DNA of 64,000 nucleotides from the NCBI GenBank assembly GCA_963678065.2, contig CAXXVZ010000003.1, positions 928,001 through 992,000 on the forward strand, given 5' to 3'. The stretch comes from Treponemataceae bacterium. Its GTDB lineage: Bacteria; Spirochaetota; Spirochaetia; Treponematales; Rectinemataceae. The notes beneath the pieces are model-generated. The model did no database searches, was not told the origin of the DNA, and saw only the letters and a program-made list of their open reading frames with translations. The position numbers were made by a program, and so were the translations under genes. Positions within the stretch are counted from its first letter, which is position 1, and each line of letters starts with the position of its first letter. Positions 28,832-38,811 of the stretch are shown piece by piece.

Positions 28832-31229
28832 GGTGCGCTCCGAGCAGGGACAGCAGTTCGCGGCTCCGCCTCTTCGCCGCCTCGCCTCCCCGCGAAGACT
28901 GGCCGGAGGCAAAATCCACCCCTATGCAGGAAGGACAGCCAGAGCCGCAGGGACAGGAGGAAAGCCTCTCCGCCGCGGCCGACAGGACTTGGGGAAGGAG
29001 CTGGGATAGTCCCTCCGCGAGTCCGGTTCCGCCCGGGTAGCGGTCGTAGAAATACAGGGAAGGGTGGCCGAAATGCGGATCGCGTATCCTCTCGGCGAGG
29101 CCGATGTCGTGCCTGTCGCACATGAGGAAGGCCGGGGCGAGCTCGTGGATGAGGCGGCCGGTTCCGGCCAGGACCGCCCCCGCGAATGCCTGATCCATCC
29201 CGGACAGAAGCTCTCCGGCCCCGCATTCTCCGCCAAAGGTGATGACGAGAGCCCTCGTCTGCATCTCCTCGGGGGGCAGGTCGATGTCGCCGTATCCGAT
29301 GTTTTCGTGCGTGTGGAAGCGCAGTTTCTTGAATTTTTCTGCCTGGCTCCGGACGAGGACATCGCCCAGGACGTAGCGCGCCCCGCCGTCCGTCCAACCC
29401 TCTGCGTCTTCGGAAAGTACCTTGATGTCTGTCTTCACGACGGCGTCGGTCCAGTAATCCAGATCCCTGCGCTCAACGCTGCAGATCCGGTTGGCGATGT
29501 CGAGTTTCCGCACAATGTACTGGCGGCCAAGGTGGATGTACACGGCGTTGTCGAATACGAGTTCCTTGGCGCTCGCCCTGTCCATCTCGCCGATGACCTT
29601 CGTCGATCCGCCCGTCGCATCGACGATGACGACATTGTCCGCCGTCGCGGAACGCAGGGATATCTTCTCGCTCGGGTATCCTTCGGCCGACCAGTACCAC
29701 CGCCCGCCCGTCTTCCGGACGATGCCTTCCTCCGCGAGAAAGCCGAGGGCCGCCTCGGTCTCGGCAGCCTTCGCCCCTGCGTCAGTCCCGGCCGCCGCAT
29801 CCTCGGGGCCGGCGGCATCTCTGCCGGAAGAACCCTCTGCGCTTCGTTCCGCCGCGAGGCTCTCTCCCTCGCGGAAGGGGAGCTCGAAGGCGGCGCACTT
29901 CATGTGGTCCATGAAAATGTAGGGATTGTCCGGGTCGACGCGCGCCGACTCCTGACTATGCCCGAAAAAGTACTCAGGATGCGCGATAATGTACTGGTCG
30001 AGCGGCGAGGAAGAGGCGACGAGGACGGCGAGGGAGAGCGTTCCCCGCCGCCCCGCCCTGCCGGACTGCTGCCAGAAGCTGGCCATGCTGCCCGGGAAGC
30101 CCGCCACGACGGCCGCGTCCAGCCCGCCGATGTCGATGCCGAGCTCCAGCGCGTTCGTCGAGACGACTCCTCGTATCTTTCCCTCCCTGAGGCCCTTTTC
30201 GATGGCCCTCCGCTCCGAAGGCAGGAGCCCGGAACGGTAGGGACTCACGGTGATGCCGGAATTGTCCGTATTGATATTGGCGAGCGAGGATGCGATGTAA
30301 CTCGCGATAAGTTCGACCTGCACGCGCGAGCGCGCGAAGAGTATCGTCTTGACGCCGCCGCGCAGGAGGGCGATGGCTATCTTTTCGGACTCCGTGGACG
30401 TGCTCTTCCGGATTCCCTGCACGGCGTCCACGACGGGCGGATTGTAGAACACGATCTTCTTCTCGCCCGCGCTCGCACCGTTCTCCGAAACCACTTCGAC
30501 GGGACGGCCCGCGAGAGACTCGGCGAGGCTTCCGGGATTGCCGATGGTGGCCGAGCAGAAGACGAAGGCCGGATCGGCGCCATAGAAGGCCGCTATCCTG
30601 CGCAGCCGCCTCAGCACATTGGCGACGTGGCTTCCGAAGACGCCGCGGTAGGCGTGCATCTCATCGACCACGATGTATTTCAGACCCGAGAAAAAATTGA
30701 TCCACTTGGCATGATTGGGGAGGACTCCGGAATGCAGCATGTCCGGATTGCTTATGACGATTCGTCCGGTGTCGCGGGCGGCCGTGCGCAGGGAGCCGGG
30801 GGTGTCGCCGTCGTAGGTGTAGACTTTCACGGGCAGACTGCCGCCCAGCGCTATCTCGTTCAGCTCCGACTGCTGATCCTGGGAGAGGGCCTTCGTGGGG
30901 AAGAGATAGAGGGCCCGGGCAGATTCCTCCTCCATGAGGGTCTGGACGACGGGAAGGTTGTAGCAGAGGGTCTTTCCGGACGCGGTGGGCGTAACGACGA
31001 CGAAATCCCTGCCGGTGCGCGCCAGCTCGTAAGCCCGTGCCTGGTGGCTGTAAAGTTTCGTCACGCCCCTCGCGGCCAGCGCATCCCTCACTCGTTCGTC
31101 GAGATCGGCGGGGAGTTCGGCCCAGACGGCCTCCCGTGCCGGCAGCGTATGAACATGCACTATCCTCGCTGCAATCTCGGGATCCGCGCCAAGAACAGGT
31201 AAATTATGAATGACATCTTCAGGAATCAT
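28806..31229 (-). CDS. MrfA/YprA-like DEAD/DEAH helicase with DUF1998 Cys cluster
   Basis: LYSHQ, PTASGKT, DEMH, SATIGNP, STNALELGIDIG, QQSGRAGR, YPGGTG, CPCGSGCPSC. Confidence 0.92.
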   Translation of the reverse strand: MIPEDVIHNLPVLGADPEIAARIVHVHTLPAREAVWAELPADLDERVRDALAARGVTKLYSHQARAYELARTGRDFVVVTPTASGKTLCYNLPVVQTLMEEESARALYLFPTKALSQDQQSELNEIALGGSLPVKVYTYDGDTPGSLRTAARDTGRIVISNPDMLHSGVLPNHAKWINFFSGLKYIVVDEMHAYRGVFGSHVANVLRRLRRIAAFYGADPAFVFCSATIGNPGSLAESLAGRPVEVVSENGASAGEKKIVFYNPPVVDAVQGIRKSTSTESEKIAIALLRGGVKTILFARSRVQVELIASYIASSLANINTDNSGITVSPYRSGLLPSERRAIEKGLREGKIRGVVSTNALELGIDIGGLDAAVVAGFPGSMASFWQQSGRAGRRGTLSLAVLVASSSPLDQYIIAHPEYFFGHSQESARVDPDNPYIFMDHMKCAAFELPFREGESLAAERSAEGSSGRDAAGPEDAAAGTDAGAKAAETEAALGFLAEEGIVRKTGGRWYWSAEGYPSEKISLRSATADNVVIVDATGGSTKVIGEMDRASAKELVFDNAVYIHLGRQYIVRKLDIANRICSVERRDLDYWTDAVVKTDIKVLSEDAEGWTDGGARYVLGDVLVRSQAEKFKKLRFHTHENIGYGDIDLPPEEMQTRALVITFGGECGAGELLSGMDQAFAGAVLAGTGRLIHELAPAFLMCDRHDIGLAERIRDPHFGHPSLYFYDRYPGGTGLAEGLSQLLPQVLSAAAERLSSCPCGSGCPSCIGVDFASGQSSRGGEAAKRRSRELLSLLGAHRGGSQVQA

Positions 31230-31293
31230 AGTATATACTGTATACGTCATCGGCGGGGCGGTAAACAGACCCCGGATGAAAAGAGGTCGAACC

Positions 31294-32568
31294 ATGAACA
31301 ATGTCTTGTCAATCGTGCTGGGCGGCGGGAAAGGAACCAGGCTCTATCCATTGACCAAAGAGCGTTCGAAACCTGCGGTTCCCTTCGGCGGGAAATACCG
31401 CATCGTCGACATCCCCATCTCAAATTGCATAAATGCGGGGTTCAGAAGGATCTACATCCTGACCCAGTTCAATTCGGCCTCACTCCACCTGCACATCTCC
31501 AAGACCTACAACTTCGACACTTTCTCGCAAGGCTACGTCGAGATCCTCGCCGCCGAGCAGACCCTCGTCCACTCCGGATGGTACGAGGGCACCGCCGACG
31601 CTGTCCGCAAGAATCTCATCCACTTCCGGCCCCAGAGCCCGAGCCACTACCTTATCGTGTCTGGAGACCAGCTCTACCGCATGGACCTCGCGGACATGTA
31701 CCGGCAGCACGTCGAGTCGGGCTGCGGTCTCACGATAGCCTGCACGATGGTGGACAGGTCCACAGCCAACGATCTCGGCATCGCCCGCATCAACGTGGAC
31801 CACCGGATCGAGGAATTCATGGAGAAGCCGGGTCCGACTAAGGATATCGCCACGTTCCGCATACCGGAGGAGATCCGCCCCGAGGGGGCATCTCCCGAGA
31901 AACAGTATCTCGCCAGCATGGGTATCTATTTCTTCACCGCCGAGCTCATGGAGAGAGCCCTCGCCAACGATTTCAACGATTTCGGCAAAGAGATCATCCC
32001 CGACATTCTCAAACACGAAGCCATCAACTCTTACGTGTTCGACGGGTACTGGGAGGACATCGGAACCGTAAAATCTTTCTACGAGGCCAACATCGAGCTC
32101 ACCGACGTCGATCCAAAATTCAATTTCTACGACGAAGGCATGCCCATCTACACCCACATGCGCAACCTGCCCGCCTCAAAGGTCAACTACTCCACACTGA
32201 ACCAGGCTCTGGCGACGGACGGCTGCATCATCACGAACGCCTTCATCACGAGATCCCTCGTCGGAATCAGGACGATCATCGAGTCGGGCGCGAGCCTCGA
32301 CGGTGTTGTCTGCATGGGCGCTGACAGGTACGAGACAAAGGAACAGAAGGCCACAAACGCGCGGCGCGGCATCCCCGACATCGGAATCGGCCAGGGAACC
32401 ATCATCAAGCACGCGATCATAGACAAGAACGCGCGCATCGGCTCCAACTGCCGGATCGGCATAGATATGGTGGAGCGGATCGACGGCGAATATTCCACCC
32501 ACAACATTGTGGATGGAATCATCGTCATCCCCAAGAACGCGATAATTCCTTCCGGCACGGTGATCTGA
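31294..32568 (+). CDS. glgC: Glucose-1-phosphate adenylyltransferase
   Basis: LGGGKGTRLYPLT..RSKPAVPFGG, GTADAV, EKP, ASMGIY, DFGKE, YWEDIGT. Confidence 0.97.
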   Translation: MNNVLSIVLGGGKGTRLYPLTKERSKPAVPFGGKYRIVDIPISNCINAGFRRIYILTQFNSASLHLHISKTYNFDTFSQGYVEILAAEQTLVHSGWYEGTADAVRKNLIHFRPQSPSHYLIVSGDQLYRMDLADMYRQHVESGCGLTIACTMVDRSTANDLGIARINVDHRIEEFMEKPGPTKDIATFRIPEEIRPEGASPEKQYLASMGIYFFTAELMERALANDFNDFGKEIIPDILKHEAINSYVFDGYWEDIGTVKSFYEANIELTDVDPKFNFYDEGMPIYTHMRNLPASKVNYSTLNQALATDGCIITNAFITRSLVGIRTIIESGASLDGVVCMGADRYETKEQKATNARRGIPDIGIGQGTIIKHAIIDKNARIGSNCRIGIDMVERIDGEYSTHNIVDGIIVIPKNAIIPSGTVI

Positions 32569-32663
32569 GTGTTGTCAGGCGCGGACGGGCCACCGTAGCT
32601 TCGTCCGCGCCCTTTCCGGCACCGGCAGAGTCTGTCGGGAGCGTGCCGCTGATCGACGTGTTC

Positions 32664-33266
32664 TTAGAGGATGACCTCGAAGGCTTCCGCGAGTCCGGGA
32701 TCTGCAGGGAAATAGTGCCTTTCGGCCTCTTCTCTCGTGAGCCCCATGAGTTCGTGGCTCATGTAATGGATCCATCTTTCGTCTTCCCTGCTCTTCACGA
32801 CGATCTTCCGGCAATAATAATCCGGCACGATCGGAAGGCGATCCGAGATGTAATCCCTGATCTTGTAGTCGTGGACTGCTATCTTGATATCCGCGCGGGG
32901 CAATCCGCGCTCCATGATGATCTCGGTGAGGTGGTTCACCGTCCGGCCCGAATCGTAGATGTCGTCTATGAGGAGAACCTTGTCGCCCGTCCTGAGATAA
33001 TCCGGGCTGTACGTCCAGCCGTCCACGCGAACCTGCTCCCGTTTCTGGATGTCGGCGTAGGAGTGCGCCACGACAGCGGCGTAGAAAACCGGCCTCTTCT
33101 CGGAGCGGACGATCTTGAAGTACTCGCTGATGACATTGCCGAGATAGGCCCCACCGCGGAGCGAAACATAGATCACGTCCGGAATGAACCCGTCCATGTG
33201 TATCCTGTGCGCCAGCTTTATGGCATTGTTCCGGATAGTGTCGTAGGAAATGAATTCCTTGTTCAC
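32664..33266 (-). CDS. Type I phosphoribosyltransferase (purine salvage-like)
   Basis: SLRGG and PRPP-binding VLLIDDIYDSGRT. AGGAG RBS before GTG. Confidence 0.85.
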   Translation of the reverse strand: MNKEFISYDTIRNNAIKLAHRIHMDGFIPDVIYVSLRGGAYLGNVISEYFKIVRSEKRPVFYAAVVAHSYADIQKREQVRVDGWTYSPDYLRTGDKVLLIDDIYDSGRTVNHLTEIIMERGLPRADIKIAVHDYKIRDYISDRLPIVPDYYCRKIVVKSREDERWIHYMSHELMGLTREEAERHYFPADPGLAEAFEVIL

Positions 33267-33284
33267 GTGCGGATTCTCCTTGAT

Positions 33285-33313
33285 AAAAAAATCCCGGGGC
33301 AGTCGCCCCGGGA
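33285..33313 (-). terminator. Intrinsic terminator after degP
   Basis: TCCCGGGGC-GACT-GCCCCGGGA followed by a T run on the minus strand. Confidence 0.8.
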
Positions 33314-33338
33314 AGATCGACATGGAAGGACTATATCC

Positions 33339-34865
33339 TCACTTTTTCACATAGGCAAGCGTCGACACCTCCTGCCCGTCGCGGAGAATCGTGAAAGAGA
33401 TTTTCTTCGCATCGCGATCGTTCAGGGCCGAGTAGAACTCGGCGAGGTTGTCCGTCTTTGCCTCGTTCACTGCGGTGATGATGTCTCCCGGCTTGACCCC
33501 AATCGTGGCGGCGGGGGACTTGGCCGTCACATTGATCACGGCCACGCCGCTCTTCGCTTCCTTAGGAAGCTTGTCCGCGTCGATCAGCTCCGACTTGAGG
33601 GAGACCACGTCGAGTCCGGGATAGAGGTTGCCGTCATTGGAAGCTACTGTCTTGTCCCTCTCCTCGATCTTAACCGAGAGCGTTATGGGCTTCCCGCCGC
33701 GGATGAGGGAGAACTCGGCGGTCTTGCCCGCCGGCATGTCGCCGATGACCCTGACGAGATTGTCCTGCCCTTTCACGGCGACGCCGTCGGCCGAGGTTAT
33801 GAAATCGCCGGGGAGAATTCCAGCCTTGTCTGCCGGGCCCTTCCGGAATACCTGGGAGACGAAGGCGCCTTTCTTGCCCTCTATGCCCAGTTCCTGGGCA
33901 CTGGCTTTATCCGCGTCCCTTCCGAGGAGAGAGACACCGAGCCAGCCGTACTTGACCTGTCCATGGCTGATGAAATCGTCGATCGCTCCCTTGATATTGT
34001 TGATCGGGATGGCGAAGCCGAGACCGACGGAACCGCCCGAGGGAGAGGCTATCCAGGTGTTTATGCCGACAACCTCGCCGTAGATATTGACGAGGGCGCC
34101 CCCGGAGTTGCCCTGGTTGATGGATGCATCGGTCTGGATGAAGTCGTTGATGTTGCTGTCCGGACCTCCCGTCCTGCCGAGAGCACTCACGATGCCCGTA
34201 GTGACAGACGAGACGAGACCGTAGGGGCTTCCGACCGCTATGGCCCAGTCGCCGACGTGGAGCTTCGAGGAGTCGCCGAGCGTGGCAATCGAAATGTCCT
34301 GAGCGTTCGTCTCGAACTTGATGAGGGCGACGTCCTTGCGCTCGTCCGTCCCGACGAGCTTGGCCTCGAACTCCCTCTCGTCGTTCAGGGTGACCTTGAT
34401 CGAGGAGGCCTTCCCCGCGACATGGTCGTTGGTGAGAACGTAGACTGTCTTCCCGTCCCGGCGGACTATGACGCCCGAGCCGAGTCCCCGTTCCTCGCGG
34501 GGCTGGGGCGTCGATTTGCTTCCGTCCTCATTCTTGGGCGAGAAGAAGAAATCGAAGGGAAGCTGGTTCTGGATGTCGGTGCCGGAAGCCACTTTTTCAG
34601 TCACCGAGACTTCGACAACAGAAGGCAGCACGGCCTGGGCCACGTAGCGGAAAGCGTTCTGGACGGATTCGGCCTGGGCGAGCGCGGCCTTCACATCGGC
34701 GGGAGCCTTTGAAAGAGGGCTCTCGGCCTGTATCGATATCGTGGATCCGCGCTTGGCGCCGAGGGAAAATCCGGTGAACGCGAGGGCGAAACCGATCATG
34801 ATTCCGAAAACCACGAGATTGACGAGCAGTATTGTCCGTCCGTTCAACTTTTTCATTGCAGGCAT
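33339..34865 (-). CDS. degP: HtrA/DegP (Do) serine protease with two PDZ domains
   Basis: GLGSGV, LTNDHV, DVALI, IQTDASINQGNSGG, GWLGV. Confidence 0.94.
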   Translation of the reverse strand: MPAMKKLNGRTILLVNLVVFGIMIGFALAFTGFSLGAKRGSTISIQAESPLSKAPADVKAALAQAESVQNAFRYVAQAVLPSVVEVSVTEKVASGTDIQNQLPFDFFFSPKNEDGSKSTPQPREERGLGSGVIVRRDGKTVYVLTNDHVAGKASSIKVTLNDEREFEAKLVGTDERKDVALIKFETNAQDISIATLGDSSKLHVGDWAIAVGSPYGLVSSVTTGIVSALGRTGGPDSNINDFIQTDASINQGNSGGALVNIYGEVVGINTWIASPSGGSVGLGFAIPINNIKGAIDDFISHGQVKYGWLGVSLLGRDADKASAQELGIEGKKGAFVSQVFRKGPADKAGILPGDFITSADGVAVKGQDNLVRVIGDMPAGKTAEFSLIRGGKPITLSVKIEERDKTVASNDGNLYPGLDVVSLKSELIDADKLPKEAKSGVAVINVTAKSPAATIGVKPGDIITAVNEAKTDNLAEFYSALNDRDAKKISFTILRDGQEVSTLAYVKK

Positions 34866-35068
34866 AGCATCTCTCCTTGCTGATAGATCGGGAACGGGGA
34901 CCGGAAGCGCTTCCGGTTTCCATTCCCTTTTTCGAATATAATAACCGGCGTGGTCTATCGGGGTTACAGTCGGAGTAAAAAAGAACGGGTCCCTTCATTG
35001 CCCGAGGGACCTGCAAGCGCTGCAAGGGAAATAATGGGAGTTCTGTCAGAACGGAGCGGGGTCTTCAG

Positions 35069-35827
35069 TCAATACGGAGGATCCCAGGATGTCAGGACCT
35101 CGATGCCATCCTTCAGCACGGCCACCGTGTGTTCGAAGTGGGCCGAAGGCTTGCCATCGAGGGTGACAACTGTCCAGTCATCATCGAGGACCTTCACGTC
35201 GCCTGTTCCGAGGTTGATCATCGGCTCGATCGCCAGCACCATTCCCGGAACGATGCGCGGATTTGCGCCGCCGGAGACATAGTTCGGAATCTGCGGGTCC
35301 TCGTGAATTTCGAGGCCGACACCGTGACCGCAATACTGTCTGACGACGCCGTAGCCGTGGGCAGTGGCGTGGCCGAATACGGCGCGGGAGATATCGTGGA
35401 TGCGTTTCCCGGGCTCTATGGCGGCGATGGCCCTGTCCAGGCATTCCCTGGTAACAAGGAGGAGTTCCCTCAGTTCCGGGGCTATGGGTCCGACAGGAAG
35501 CGTGATGGCCGCGTCGGAATAGAAGCCGCCGAGGTCTATTCCGCAATCGAGCCCGACGATATCGCCGTCCTTGAGCCGGGAGCTGTCCGGAATGCCGTGG
35601 ATGACCGCGCGGTTCACCGAGACGCAGAGGCTTGCGGGATAACCCTCGTAGCCCAGGAAAGCAGGCCTTCCTCCGTTTGATTCTATGAAGTTCCGCGAAA
35701 ACGTGTCGAGTTCGAGGAGACTCACTCCAGCCTTGACGTGGGGGCGGATTTCGTGGAAGAGCCTGGAGAGAAGCTGGCAGGAGCGGCGTATACCCTCGAT
35801 CTGAGTCGGCGTCTTGAGGCGTATCAT
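35069..35827 (-). CDS. map: Methionine aminopeptidase type I
   Basis: HGIP, DCG...SD, GHGVG..IHEDP, IEPM, SAHFEHT. Confidence 0.96.
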   Translation of the reverse strand: MIRLKTPTQIEGIRRSCQLLSRLFHEIRPHVKAGVSLLELDTFSRNFIESNGGRPAFLGYEGYPASLCVSVNRAVIHGIPDSSRLKDGDIVGLDCGIDLGGFYSDAAITLPVGPIAPELRELLLVTRECLDRAIAAIEPGKRIHDISRAVFGHATAHGYGVVRQYCGHGVGLEIHEDPQIPNYVSGGANPRIVPGMVLAIEPMINLGTGDVKVLDDDWTVVTLDGKPSAHFEHTVAVLKDGIEVLTSWDPPY

Positions 35828-36273
35828 CTGAAGACTCCCGGCGAAGCGGGGCTCTCCGCCGTGCTGGCCTTCCAGATACCGTCCAGGACTCCGTTGACAA
35901 AACGGAAGGAATCTTCGGCGCCGAACTCCTTCGCTATCTCGATGGCTTCGTCTATCGTGATCTGGGCGGGAATGTCGGTCTGAAAAAGGAGCGAGTAGGT
36001 GCCGACGCGGAGTATGGCGAGATCCACCTTTTTCAGGCGTTCGAAGGACCAGTGCTGAAGGTGCTTCTTTATTTCCGCATCGACCGTATCGATGTTCTCG
36101 AGGGTACCGGCGATCATGAGACTGGAGAAGGTTTGCATCTCCTCATCCAGGGATTCCCGTTTCTCGGACTCGAGCCAGGGAAACGCGAGAAGTTCGGCGA
36201 GCGGCGTCGACGATACATCCCAGGCGTACAGCGCCTGGAAGGCCAGAATTCTGGCTTTTCTGCGTGAAGACAC
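35824..36273 (-). CDS. nusB: Transcription antitermination factor NusB
   Basis: RRKARILAFQALY, VDLAILR, IDEAIEIAKEF, FVNGVLD. Confidence 0.96.
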   Translation of the reverse strand: MSSRRKARILAFQALYAWDVSSTPLAELLAFPWLESEKRESLDEEMQTFSSLMIAGTLENIDTVDAEIKKHLQHWSFERLKKVDLAILRVGTYSLLFQTDIPAQITIDEAIEIAKEFGAEDSFRFVNGVLDGIWKASTAESPASPGVFR

Positions 36274-36326
36274 GGTTTTCTCCCGGCGGATTTCCGACCC
36301 GCCTCATTCGGTCAGATCCCTGGATT

Positions 36327-36352
36327 AAACAGGGCGGACGCGACTCCGCCCT
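36327..36352 (-). terminator. Possible terminator/hairpin between the SurA-like gene and nusB
   Basis: AGGGCGGA-GTCGCG-TCCGCCCT followed by GTTT (short U tract). Confidence 0.5.
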
Positions 36353-36379
36353 TAGATCCGTTCCGGGACACGTGACGCC

Positions 36380-37417
36380 TCAGAAGCTGAGATTTTCCTC
36401 GTAGATCTTGATCGTCGCGTCCTTCCTGAGCTGGGCTATGAGGTCAGCCTCGACCTTGTCCATGAATTCGCTCTGTTTCTGGACGGTGAGCTCGTATGCG
36501 AGGTATTCGCTGACAGTGGTGTTCTGGTCGCCCGGGATGGGGTCGGTCAGGCCGAGCTGTTTCTGCGGCAGGAATTCGTTGATGCGGACGATCTGCATGC
36601 CCGAAGCACTTTCGATCAGGCTGGAGACATCGCCGTTCTTCTGCTTGAATGCGAAGTCGAAGAAGTCCTTGCCGTAGAGGTTCGAGCCTTGGGGCGTCTT
36701 CTCGACATAGATCGAGGAGAGGGACTTGTAGCCCGCAGAGCCATCGCGGCCCCGCAGCATGTACTCGTCGAACTTCTCGGGATTGAGCTTGAGAGTCGCC
36801 GCCACCGCCTTCAGGACCTCGCGCGCCTTCTTCCTGTCATCGTCGCTCTTGTTGCGGAGATCGATGAAGAGGACGCTCGCCCTGATGGTGTCGGGCCGCA
36901 CGAGAGTGGACTTGGCCAGGTCGTACGCCTTCATGATTTCCTCGACGGTAGGGGGAACCTGGGAAGCCTTGAGTTCCGCGGCTTTCTTTGCCTGGACGTA
37001 GGCGCTGAACAGGAGTCGCTGGCGCGCGTAGGTCTTGGGATCGACGAAGATGCCCTCCGCCTGCATTGCCCTCTCGAGATCGGCGTCAGACACATTCTGG
37101 CCACCGATCTCGGCTTTCAACTGGGCGAGTCTCTGGGTGATCGCCGCGTCCTGGACCGTGATTTTCTCCCGATCGCAGAACTGGACGAAGAGCATGCTGT
37201 TCACGCGTGCCTCGAGGACCTGGCGGATCTGTTCAGGTTTCATCTTCTGGCCGGTGGCTTTCTCGAGTTTGTCGACATCGGCCTTTATCTGCCTGACCGA
37301 GATGATCTCCTGCTTGCTGAGCTTGATCGTGGCGGCCGGCTTGTCGATTGTCGTCTGGGCGAACGCGCCGGCGATCGCGAGGGTGAAAAGGACGGCCAAA
37401 GATGAAAGTCGCTTCAT
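36380..37417 (-). CDS. Exported SurA/PrsA-like chaperone (parvulin-like)
   Basis: Signal peptide (AFA|Q), helical N-domain, GDVSSLIESASGMQIV, LRKDATIKI C-terminus. Confidence 0.75.
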   Translation of the reverse strand: MKRLSSLAVLFTLAIAGAFAQTTIDKPAATIKLSKQEIISVRQIKADVDKLEKATGQKMKPEQIRQVLEARVNSMLFVQFCDREKITVQDAAITQRLAQLKAEIGGQNVSDADLERAMQAEGIFVDPKTYARQRLLFSAYVQAKKAAELKASQVPPTVEEIMKAYDLAKSTLVRPDTIRASVLFIDLRNKSDDDRKKAREVLKAVAATLKLNPEKFDEYMLRGRDGSAGYKSLSSIYVEKTPQGSNLYGKDFFDFAFKQKNGDVSSLIESASGMQIVRINEFLPQKQLGLTDPIPGDQNTTVSEYLAYELTVQKQSEFMDKVEADLIAQLRKDATIKIYEENLSF

Positions 37418-37509
37418 GTACACCTTCTCGGAAGTTAATATGAGACCGGAGCCAGAGAAGGCCCCGCACATTACCAACAAACGATACCGCTAAAAGTAAA
37501 CGAAATCCG

Positions 37510-38361
37510 TCATTTGCTCAAGGGATTCCCGCGCTCCGACCCTATTCCCGCCCTTCTCCTGAGCGCCGCGAGGCCGGCAAGGCAAGGTTCGAGCTCTGCG
37601 GCGCGGTAGAGGCAGTCGATGGCCTCTGCCGTCTCGCGCCTGCGCAGGTGGACTTCAGCCTTCTTCCGGAGGAACTGCGCCGAATCGTGACGGTCGATCC
37701 TGAGTCCCACGGCCTCTTCCAGCCTGTCCAGGTAGTCTTCCTCGTCGAGGAGTCCAGGAAGCTTCATGAGGAGGACTGTCCTGAACCTGAGGGCGAGGAC
37801 CTCGAAAAAATACCTGAACCAGGGCTTCTCGGCCTCCATCCTGATAAGTTTCTTGTACATCGCATAGGACTTCAACCACCGCCCGCGCTTCTCATACTCC
37901 TCGGCGAGGCAGAACTCGGTGTCCATGGCCTCCCCTCGTTCAAGCCAGCGTTCGAGCCGGAAATCGCCGAGGGCCTTGGCCTTCTCGAAGACTTCGAGGG
38001 CCTCGTCCTCGAGGTTGTGAAGCAGGTCGTAGACGATGAGCTTGGCCTGGCTCTCCGGGTCATGGATGCGCTCTTTGAGAAAGCGCCGGTAATCGAAACC
38101 GCCTTCCTCCAGGGCGATCCGCCGCCTGCTCCGGTCGTAGGCCCTGCGTTTTTCCGGATCGGAGAGCATGCGGTAGGCCTCGAGGAGAAGGCGCATCGCC
38201 GCGTCCGCGGCGCGGCCCGAAAGAGGGTCGGAGCCGGAGACATTCCGTATTTCGCCCTTGATGTCGGGGTGGTGTTTTTTGGCCTGCCTGCGGAAGGCGC
38301 TCTTGACTTCCTTCAGGCCCGCATCGGGGCTGATGCCGAGGACATCGTAGTAATTTTCCAC
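37510..38361 (-). CDS. J-domain protein with helical (TPR-like) C-terminus
   Basis: NYYDVLG, KKHHPD, AY..LSDPEKRRAYD. Confidence 0.88.
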   Translation of the reverse strand: MENYYDVLGISPDAGLKEVKSAFRRQAKKHHPDIKGEIRNVSGSDPLSGRAADAAMRLLLEAYRMLSDPEKRRAYDRSRRRIALEEGGFDYRRFLKERIHDPESQAKLIVYDLLHNLEDEALEVFEKAKALGDFRLERWLERGEAMDTEFCLAEEYEKRGRWLKSYAMYKKLIRMEAEKPWFRYFFEVLALRFRTVLLMKLPGLLDEEDYLDRLEEAVGLRIDRHDSAQFLRKKAEVHLRRRETAEAIDCLYRAAELEPCLAGLAALRRRAGIGSERGNPLSK

Positions 38362-38378
38362 GTCGATTCCGTCGCTTT

Positions 38379-38789
38379 TTAGTTCCGGACTACCGGTGCT
38401 CCGCGGGCGGCGGCGAGCGATTCTTCGGGTTTCGCGACAATTTCGCCGCAGGTCACGACCATGCCTTCAGCTTCCAGCATGGCCATCAGCTTCGCGAGGG
38501 ATTTGCCGCTCATGAAACCCTTCTTCCGGAGAATGGCCATGGAGCGCTTGCCGGTGAGAGTTCCCGCATTGGCGAGGAACTCCGATATCCGAGCCGGAAG
38601 CTTGGCGCCGAGGCCCGTCGGCTCGCTGAGTATGGCGACGAAATCATGGCCCGATATCCTCGCCTCCGAGCGGTGGTCGATGATGTCGACCATGTGCCCG
38701 GAGGATTCGAAGCCTTTGGCCAGGTTCCTGAGATGTGTCTGGATCGATTCCATGTCCCCTGCGGGGATTCCAACCAGGGCGACGCGCAT
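38379..38789 (-). CDS. Hypothetical protein, flavodoxin-like alpha/beta pattern
   Basis: LAKGFESSGHMVDII, LTGKRSMA. GGAGG RBS. Fills the gap in a co-directional operon. Confidence 0.65.
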   Translation of the reverse strand: MRVALVGIPAGDMESIQTHLRNLAKGFESSGHMVDIIDHRSEARISGHDFVAILSEPTGLGAKLPARISEFLANAGTLTGKRSMAILRKKGFMSGKSLAKLMAMLEAEGMVVTCGEIVAKPEESLAAARGAPVVRN

Positions 38790-38811
38790 GCAGCCTCCGT
38801 CCTTCAAGTGT

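Noticed and set aside
27428..31229. Anti-phage system (DISARM/Druantia-type DUF1998 helicase)
   Set aside because: The partner is a YprB-like exonuclease. There is no methylase, phospholipase D or other defence gene nearby, and the flanks are housekeeping genes.
31230..31250. E. coli-type LexA box (TACTGTATAC...) upstream of the helicase
   Set aside because: Only a half-site is present, with no CAG at the right spacing. It is explained by overlapping -10 elements.
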